Assembly: GCA_963833225.1 (NCBI GenBank)
Contig: CAWHXD010000013.1
Coordinates: 1-12,373 of the forward strand
Source of the DNA: an uncultured Chloroflexia bacterium
GTDB taxonomy: Bacteria; Chloroflexota; Limnocylindria; Limnocylindrales; CSP1-4
DNA: 12,373 nt
Direction of reading: 5' to 3'
The position numbers were made by a program, and so were the translations under genes. This document shows positions 7,395 to 12,373 of the stretch, piece by piece; position 1 is the stretch's first letter, and the number at the start of each line of letters is the position of its first letter. The notes beneath the pieces are model-generated. The model worked only from the letters and a program-made list of their open reading frames with translations. It had not been told where the DNA came from and searched no databases.

Positions 7395-7886
7395 ATGCTC
7401 CAGCTGTTCCTGTTCCTGCACGTGCTCGGCGCGATCGCCGTGTTCGGGCCGACGTTCGCCTTTCCGCTGATCTCCGGTCAGGCCGGCAAGGCCCCGCAGC
7501 ACGGCCACTTCGCGGCGGTGGTGATGGACCTGATCGAGCGCCGGATCGTGGTCCCGGGGGCGATCGTGCAGGGCATCACGGGCGTCGCGCTGATCCTGAT
7601 CATCGGCCCCGATCTCACCAGCTCCGCCTGGCGCTGGCTGATCGCCGGGATCGTGCTGTACCTGATCGCCGTCATCTACGCGATCCTGGTCCAGGCGCCC
7701 GCGGCCGAGAAGATGGTCGAGCTGACCGCCGGTGGCCCGCCCGCGGGTGCGCCACCCGCCGGAGCTCCGGCGGGCCCGCCGCCCGAGATCGCCGCCACGG
7801 CGCAGCGGCTCCAGCGAGGCGGCATGTTCCTGACCGTGATGGTCGTGCTGATCGTGGCCCTCATGGTGGTCAAGCCGGGCGTCTGA
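7395..7886 (+). CDS. DUF2269-like integral membrane protein (163 aa, about 4 TM segments)
   Basis: RBS GGGAGG before ATG 7395. LFLHVLGAIAVFGPTF motif, four hydrophobic segments, and C-terminal LMVVKP. Confidence 0.85.
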   Translation: MLQLFLFLHVLGAIAVFGPTFAFPLISGQAGKAPQHGHFAAVVMDLIERRIVVPGAIVQGITGVALILIIGPDLTSSAWRWLIAGIVLYLIAVIYAILVQAPAAEKMVELTAGGPPAGAPPAGAPAGPPPEIAATAQRLQRGGMFLTVMVVLIVALMVVKPGV

Positions 7887-8073
7887 TCGGGCGCCACGGC
7901 GCCTCACCCGACGTTCCGGCCCGTCGCCGGGGGCCAAGCGACCCCCGATCCGCGACAGCCGACCCACCCGCCTTCGCTCCGTTGCGCCTGTTCCTCGTCA
8001 AGCACATGGGGCAGCATCAGTTGTGCCGTCGGCCTCCGCCCCGGCGGTCCTGTCCGGGTGCGCGCCACCCGGC

Positions 8074-8079
8074 TACCAT
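8074..8079 (+). promoter_or_regulatory. Candidate -10 box for the aldolase gene
   Basis: TACCAT about 30 nt upstream of ATG 8109, directly preceded by the inverted repeat CCGGGTG-N5-CACCCGG (8054-8072). RBS AGGAG at 8096-8100. Confidence 0.5.
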
Positions 8080-8108
8080 CAGCGTCGACACGAACAGGAG
8101 ACCACCTG

Positions 8109-9512
8109 ATGCCCCACGTCGCCACCTCGCCCGCAGACCTCATCGCCCGCTTGTCCGGGATCGCGCACGTCGAGGGCGGAATGCTGGTCATCGATGACGA
8201 GCCACGGTTCCGCAGCGAGGCGGCGTTCGATCTCGCCTGGACCGCGGCCCTCACCACGGACGATCCGACCGCCGAGGCGGCGCGATGGATCGTGTGGGAG
8301 GCGAGCCAGGCCCTGGGAGCGCGCTCGGCGAGCATCCAGGAGCTGTACATGGCGCGGAGCCGGGGCGAGGTGTCGGGCTTCACGGTGCCGGCGATCAACC
8401 TGCGCGCGCAGACGTTCGACATGGCCCGCACGTTCTACGAGACCGCGGCGCGTGCCGACGTGGGCGCGGTGATCTTCGAGCTGGCCCGCAGCGAGCAGAC
8501 CTACACCTACCAGCGGCCGATGGACTACGCGACATCCGTGCTGGCCGGCGCCATCGCGGCCGGCTGGAAGGGGCCCGTGTTCATCCAGGGCGATCACTAC
8601 CAGTTCAACGCCAAGAAGTACGCGGCCGACCCGGAGGCCATGACCGAGGAGATCCGTCGCGCGTGCCGGCTGGCGATCGACGCCGGCTACCGGAACATCG
8701 ACATCGACAGCTCCACGCTGGTGGATCTGTCACAGCCTGACCTGGACGCGGAGCAGCGCGAGAACTACACGCGCGCCGCCGAGCTGACCGCGCTGATCCG
8801 GAGCCTCGAGGTCGACGGCGTGACCGTCAGCGTCGGCGGGGAGATCGGCGAGGTTGGCAAGCAGAACTCGACGCCCGAGGAGCTCAAGGCATACCTCGAC
8901 GGCTACAACCGGGAGCTCGGCGAACGTGCACCCGGCGCCAGGGGCCTGTCCAAGGTCAGCGTCCAGACGGGAACCTCGCACGGCGGGGTGCCGCTGCCGG
9001 GCGGTGGCGTTGCCGAGGTCAAGCTCGACTTCGACGTGCTGGCCAAGCTCGGGGTCATCGCCCGCGAGCGCGGGCTGGCCGGGGCGGTCCAGCACGGCGC
9101 GTCGACGCTGCCCGACGAGCTGTTCCACCACTTTCCTGCGGTTGAGACGGCCGAGATCCACCTCGCGACCGGTTTCCAGAACGCGCTCTACGACCATCCG
9201 GCCTTCCCGGCATCGATGACCAGTGCGATCAACGACTGGTGCCGCGAGAACGCCGCCAACGAGCGCAAGGCCGGCCAGACCGAGGAGCAGTTCCTGTACA
9301 CGACCCGCAAGAAGGCGATCGGCCCGTTCAAGCGCGAGCTGTGGGAGCTGGAGACCAAGGACGAGATCCTGGCCGCGCAGTCGGCCAAGATCGCGTTCCT
9401 GTTCAGCAACCTCAAGGTCAACGGCTCGATGGCGCTCGTCGACCGGTACATCAGGCCGGTGGCGGTATCGCGGCCGATCCCGGACGCGCTGGGGTTCGCG
9501 GTCGCGGGCTGA
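8109..9512 (+). CDS. Class II (metal-dependent) fructose-bisphosphate aldolase family protein, long form (467 aa)
   Basis: Motifs FTVPAIN, VFIQGDHYQ, IDIDSS, GGEIGEVG, QTGTSHGG, VQHGASTLP and EIHLATG, which include the catalytic Asp-His pair and Zn-ligand histidines. RBS AGGAG. Confidence 0.92.
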   Translation: MPHVATSPADLIARLSGIAHVEGGMLVIDDEPRFRSEAAFDLAWTAALTTDDPTAEAARWIVWEASQALGARSASIQELYMARSRGEVSGFTVPAINLRAQTFDMARTFYETAARADVGAVIFELARSEQTYTYQRPMDYATSVLAGAIAAGWKGPVFIQGDHYQFNAKKYAADPEAMTEEIRRACRLAIDAGYRNIDIDSSTLVDLSQPDLDAEQRENYTRAAELTALIRSLEVDGVTVSVGGEIGEVGKQNSTPEELKAYLDGYNRELGERAPGARGLSKVSVQTGTSHGGVPLPGGGVAEVKLDFDVLAKLGVIARERGLAGAVQHGASTLPDELFHHFPAVETAEIHLATGFQNALYDHPAFPASMTSAINDWCRENAANERKAGQTEEQFLYTTRKKAIGPFKRELWELETKDEILAAQSAKIAFLFSNLKVNGSMALVDRYIRPVAVSRPIPDALGFAVAG

Positions 9513-9587
9513 TGCCGGGGACCGGGGTGCCGCTGCATACCCGGCTGGCCTGTGGGCGCTGGCCGCGCTCGTCCCGGCGACCGGCCC

Positions 9588-10160
9588 GTGGCTGACGGTC
9601 GGGACGAGTTCTTCCGCCTCCGACCCGCGCCGCTGCCCGTCTCCATCCGGCTCGAGGCCCCGGGCGACGAGCCGGATGTGCGGGCCGTGGAGCTGGCGGC
9701 GTTCACCGGGCCGGAGGAGGCCGCGATCGTCGACCGGATCCGCTCCGAGGCTCCGGACGGCTGGCACTCGCTGGTCGCCGTCCACGAGGGTGGGCGCATC
9801 GTTGGTCACCTGCTGCTCTCGCCATGTCCGGTGGAGGACGACGCCGGCCGACCCGTGGCACGGGTCCTGGCGATCGGCCCCGTGGCCGTCCAACCCGAGT
9901 CGCAGCTGCGGGGCGTCGGGTCGGCGCTGATGACCGCGGCGCTGGGCCTGGCCGTCGCCCGAGTCGTACCGGCGCTGGTGCTCCTGGGCCACCCGTCGTA
10001 CTACCCGCGGTTCGGGTTCGAGCCCGCACGCGGCGTGGGGCTGGAGCCGCCGGCGGCGGCGTGGCCCGACGCCGCGTGGATGGCCCGCCGGCTGCCGGCG
10101 TGGACTGATGCGATGAGGGGGACCGTGCGCTACCCGGAGGCGTTCGAGCCGCTCGCCTGA
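9588..10160 (+). CDS. GNAT family N-acetyltransferase (YhbS-like)
   Basis: IRLEAPGDEPDVRAV...AF, SLVA...IVGHLLLSP, LAIGPVAVQPESQLRGVGSALM (acetyl-CoA motif A) and VLLGHPSYYPRFGF. Start uncertain (GTG 9552 or 9588). Confidence 0.88.
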   Translation: MADGRDEFFRLRPAPLPVSIRLEAPGDEPDVRAVELAAFTGPEEAAIVDRIRSEAPDGWHSLVAVHEGGRIVGHLLLSPCPVEDDAGRPVARVLAIGPVAVQPESQLRGVGSALMTAALGLAVARVVPALVLLGHPSYYPRFGFEPARGVGLEPPAAAWPDAAWMARRLPAWTDAMRGTVRYPEAFEPLA

Positions 10161-10173
10161 CCGGGTGATGGCA

Positions 10174-10219
10174 GCCGGACGGGTGGGAGGATCCGATCCG
10201 AGGCGTCCGGCAGCTCTTT
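10174..10219 (+). terminator. Possible weak intrinsic terminator after the GNAT gene
   Basis: GCCGGACG (10174-10181) pairs with CGTCCGGC (10204-10211), followed by AGCTCTTT. The loop is long. Confidence 0.3.
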
Positions 10220-10265
10220 CGGCGGTTCGGCCACCGGCGCCTGTGACTGAGGCATCATCAGCAGC

Positions 10266-11111
10266 ATGAACGCCTCCGACTTCGGGACCGTGTGGTCCGC
10301 ATCCCTGGTTCGCGCATCCCAATCCTCACTCGACGCGTGGCTGGCGTTCGCGCTCGAGGCCTGCGACGTCTCCGACCGCATGGCGCTGGCCGGCTTCCGC
10401 CGGAACCTGAGCATCGAGCGCAAGCCGGATCGCTCGTTCGTGACCGCCGTCGACCAGGCGATCGAGCGTGAGATCCGGGGTCGCATCCAGACGCGGTTCC
10501 CCGATCACGGGCTGGTCGGCGAGGAGTACGGCGAGGAGGTCGGCAGGGCCGCCACCCGCTGGTTCATCGATCCCATCGATGCCACCCACAACTACATCCG
10601 CGGCATTCCGCTGTTCGGGACCCTGCTGGCCGTCGAGCATGAGGGCGAGATCCAGGTGGGCGTCATCTCGGCTCCCGCGATGCGCGAGCGCTGGTTCGCC
10701 TGGCGCGGTGGTGGCGCCTGGAACCGCGGCTCGGACGGCGAGCGGCGGATCACGGTCTCTGGGGTCACGGCGCTCGAGGACGCCCAGCTCGTCTACGGGA
10801 GCGGCCGGGACACCGTCGCGAGCGGCCTCATGCCGGGCTTCGACGCTCTGATCACCGCGGCCTGGCGCGAACGTGGGTTCGGCGACTTCTGGGGCTATGC
10901 GCTGGTCGCCGAGGGCGCCGCCGAGGCGATGATCGAGACCGGGATGCACAGCTGGGATCTGGCCGCGCCACAGGTGCTGATCGAGGAAGCCGGCGGGCGG
11001 GTGACCGATGTCCACGGCGAGCGCCGGATCGACGCTCCGTCCTTCGTGGGATCGAACGGGCGGCTGCACGAAGAGGTCCTCCGGCGGTTGCAGGAGGCTC
11101 CGCAGGGATAG
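10266..11111 (+). CDS. hisN: Inositol monophosphatase family protein, probable histidinol-phosphate phosphatase
   Basis: KPDRSFVTAVD, GLVGEEYG, WFIDPIDATHNYIRGIPLFGTL, RGFGDFWGYALVAEGAAE and WDLAA. The RGFGDFW and KPDxSxVT patterns are typical of IMPase-type HisN. Confidence 0.8.
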   Translation: MNASDFGTVWSASLVRASQSSLDAWLAFALEACDVSDRMALAGFRRNLSIERKPDRSFVTAVDQAIEREIRGRIQTRFPDHGLVGEEYGEEVGRAATRWFIDPIDATHNYIRGIPLFGTLLAVEHEGEIQVGVISAPAMRERWFAWRGGGAWNRGSDGERRITVSGVTALEDAQLVYGSGRDTVASGLMPGFDALITAAWRERGFGDFWGYALVAEGAAEAMIETGMHSWDLAAPQVLIEEAGGRVTDVHGERRIDAPSFVGSNGRLHEEVLRRLQEAPQG

Positions 11112-11139
11112 CGGCGGTCGCGACCTCGAGCCCAATGCC

Positions 11140-11328
11140 CGCCACGCAGTCCAGGCACGACTGTCCGCCGCGATCGGGAGATGTCTCGGGTCGAGGTTCG
11201 CGCAAACCTGCCGATGGATCGTGCTGCGCCGAGCACGAGCTGCGCCGCGACTGGCCAGACTACGCGGCTCCGGGGCGGCTCATCGGAGCGCGAGGGCGGT
11301 CTGCCAGTCGTCTCCTGACTGAATGGCG
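11140..11328. repeat. Copy B of the dispersed element bounded by inverted tagged palindromes (REPIN/MITE-like)
   Basis: Left end CGCCACG-CAGTC-CAGGCAC-GACTG (11140-11163, +). Right end CGCCATT-CAGTC-AGGAGAC-GACTG (11328-11305, -). Lies between convergent genes. Confidence 0.72.
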
Positions 11329-11371
11329 ATCGCTGGCGCGAGGCGACCGCTTGCCCCGAGGCGATCGCCGG
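11325..11371. repeat. Degenerate 17-18 bp tandem repeat at the outer flank of element B
   Basis: GGCGATCGCTGGCGCGA | GGCGACCGCTTGCCCCGA | GGCGATCGCCGG. Confidence 0.6.
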
Positions 11372-11516
11372 TGGCACGGCACGATCGGTGACGGCGCGAG
11401 CCACGGCCCAGCCGCGTCGCTCGCTCGGAGAGGCGCTCGAGCGGGTCGTCCGGTCGGCCTCCTGACCTGCGGAGCGTCCTGTCGTCGTGGAGGCTCGCCG
11501 CCGGTCGCGCCTCGGC

Positions 11517-12287
11517 TCAGCCGAACAGCCAGGCGAGGATGGCGACCGCCGCCACGATGACGACGATCAGCGGGAGCTGATCGGCACCGAACCCGCCCGC
11601 GACGGCGCCCGGGATTGCCACCGCGGCAACGATCGCGAACACGGCCGCTCGTCTCGCGCGGGCGTCCACGCCCGACATCTCGTCGGCCGCCGCTGCATCC
11701 GTCGGCATCAGAAAGCTCTCGGCATCGGCCGCTGTCTCGGCATCAGGGGGCGTGTCCGGGTCGCCCGGCTCGTCGCTGGGAGCCGCCTTCTCCGTCCAGT
11801 CGTCGCCCGCCGCGCGGCCGGCCGCCGCACCCGGCAGTGGCTCGAGACCCAGCAGCCACCGGCCGGGGTTGGCGAGCGTCGCGGCTGCGGCCGGCTCCAG
11901 CAGGTCCTCTACCACGGCGACCGACACGGCGTCCTCGATCGCCAGCACGAGCTGGACCTCGTCTTCGGCACGGGCGCCCGTCCCGACGGGCATCGCCCTG
12001 GAGCCCGACGTCCAGATCCCGGCGGCTCGCACGAGCAGCCCGTCGCGCAGCCATCTCCGCGATTCATCGAGCAGCGAACCCCGGCCATGCCCATCGGCCA
12101 GGCGCTCGAGGTCGGCCAGCAGGATCTGGCGCTCCTCCAGGTCGCGCCGTGGCACGACGGTGCGGTGCAGGTCCTCGGCGCTGAGGCTGTCCGCCGCAGC
12201 GAAGATCGCATCCGCCCGCTCGCGGGCCGCTCGCTCGCCCGGCAGGGTCAGCTCGTTGGGGCGAGCGGTCCAGGGCTCCCGGGTCAT
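11517..12287 (-). CDS. Hypothetical protein with two C-terminal TM helices; start uncertain and may lie beyond the window
   Basis: Helical N-terminal region, acidic Pro/Ala linker, then AAVFAIVAAVAIPGAVAGG and LPLIVVIVAAVAILAWLFG. The frame stays open upstream of 12287 to the window edge. Confidence 0.7.
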   Translation of the reverse strand: MTREPWTARPNELTLPGERAARERADAIFAAADSLSAEDLHRTVVPRRDLEERQILLADLERLADGHGRGSLLDESRRWLRDGLLVRAAGIWTSGSRAMPVGTGARAEDEVQLVLAIEDAVSVAVVEDLLEPAAAATLANPGRWLLGLEPLPGAAAGRAAGDDWTEKAAPSDEPGDPDTPPDAETAADAESFLMPTDAAAADEMSGVDARARRAAVFAIVAAVAIPGAVAGGFGADQLPLIVVIVAAVAILAWLFG

Positions 12288-12373
12288 CGAGCCCAGGCCG
12301 CGGATGACGGCTGCTGCAGCGTCGACAGGCGATCGCGGGCGGTCATGGCCTCGGCCGGTGCGGACGGGACCGT

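Noticed and set aside
5706-7967. 753-aa minus-strand ORF (also 8730-10322, 4128-5048, 514-1338 and 10326-11135)
   Set aside because: These are antisense shadows of well-supported plus-strand genes, expected with strong GC3 bias, and show no protein motifs.
9514-9578. Structured RNA or terminator between the aldolase and GNAT genes
   Set aside because: Only imperfect GC-rich stems (GCCGGGGAC/GTCCCGGC) with no U-tract or known motif; plausible by chance at this GC content.
11140-11328. Integron attC site or autonomous IS
   Set aside because: No RYYYAAC/GTTRRRY cores, no integrase or transposase in the window, and no clear target-site duplication.
11135-11560. 141-aa ORF (and 10895-11404) in the hisN downstream gap
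   Set aside because: Atypical composition, overlaps with neighbouring genes, and the region is better explained by element B and its repeats.

Overview
High-GC bacterial chromosomal window. The gene set is compatible with Chloroflexota or Actinomycetota (inference; not determinable here). It carries 11 plausible CDSs: two secreted lipoproteins, an NTF2/DUF4440-like protein, a CpaF/VirB11-like P-loop protein with all catalytic motifs eroded, an AAA+ ATPase (ChlI/MoxR-like) plus VWA partner, a DUF2269-like membrane protein, a class II fructose-bisphosphate aldolase, a GNAT acetyltransferase, a HisN-type histidinol-phosphatase and a C-terminally anchored hypothetical protein. Four non-obvious signals stand out. 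(1) Two diverged copies of a ~190-200 bp non-coding element (140-338 and 11140-11328, in opposite orientation), each bounded by an inverted pair of tagged palindromes YGYCAYN-CAGTC-N7-GACTG, resembling REP-dimer/REPIN/MITE elements. (2) A frameshift near the 5' end of the VWA gene that coincides with a CAGG duplication. (3) The probable pseudo-ATPase. (4) Three genes with a -10-like hexamer exactly 7 nt before the start codon, suggesting leaderless mRNAs. No rRNA, tRNA, CRISPR array, transposase or integrase was seen. All family assignments come from motif reading, not database searches.
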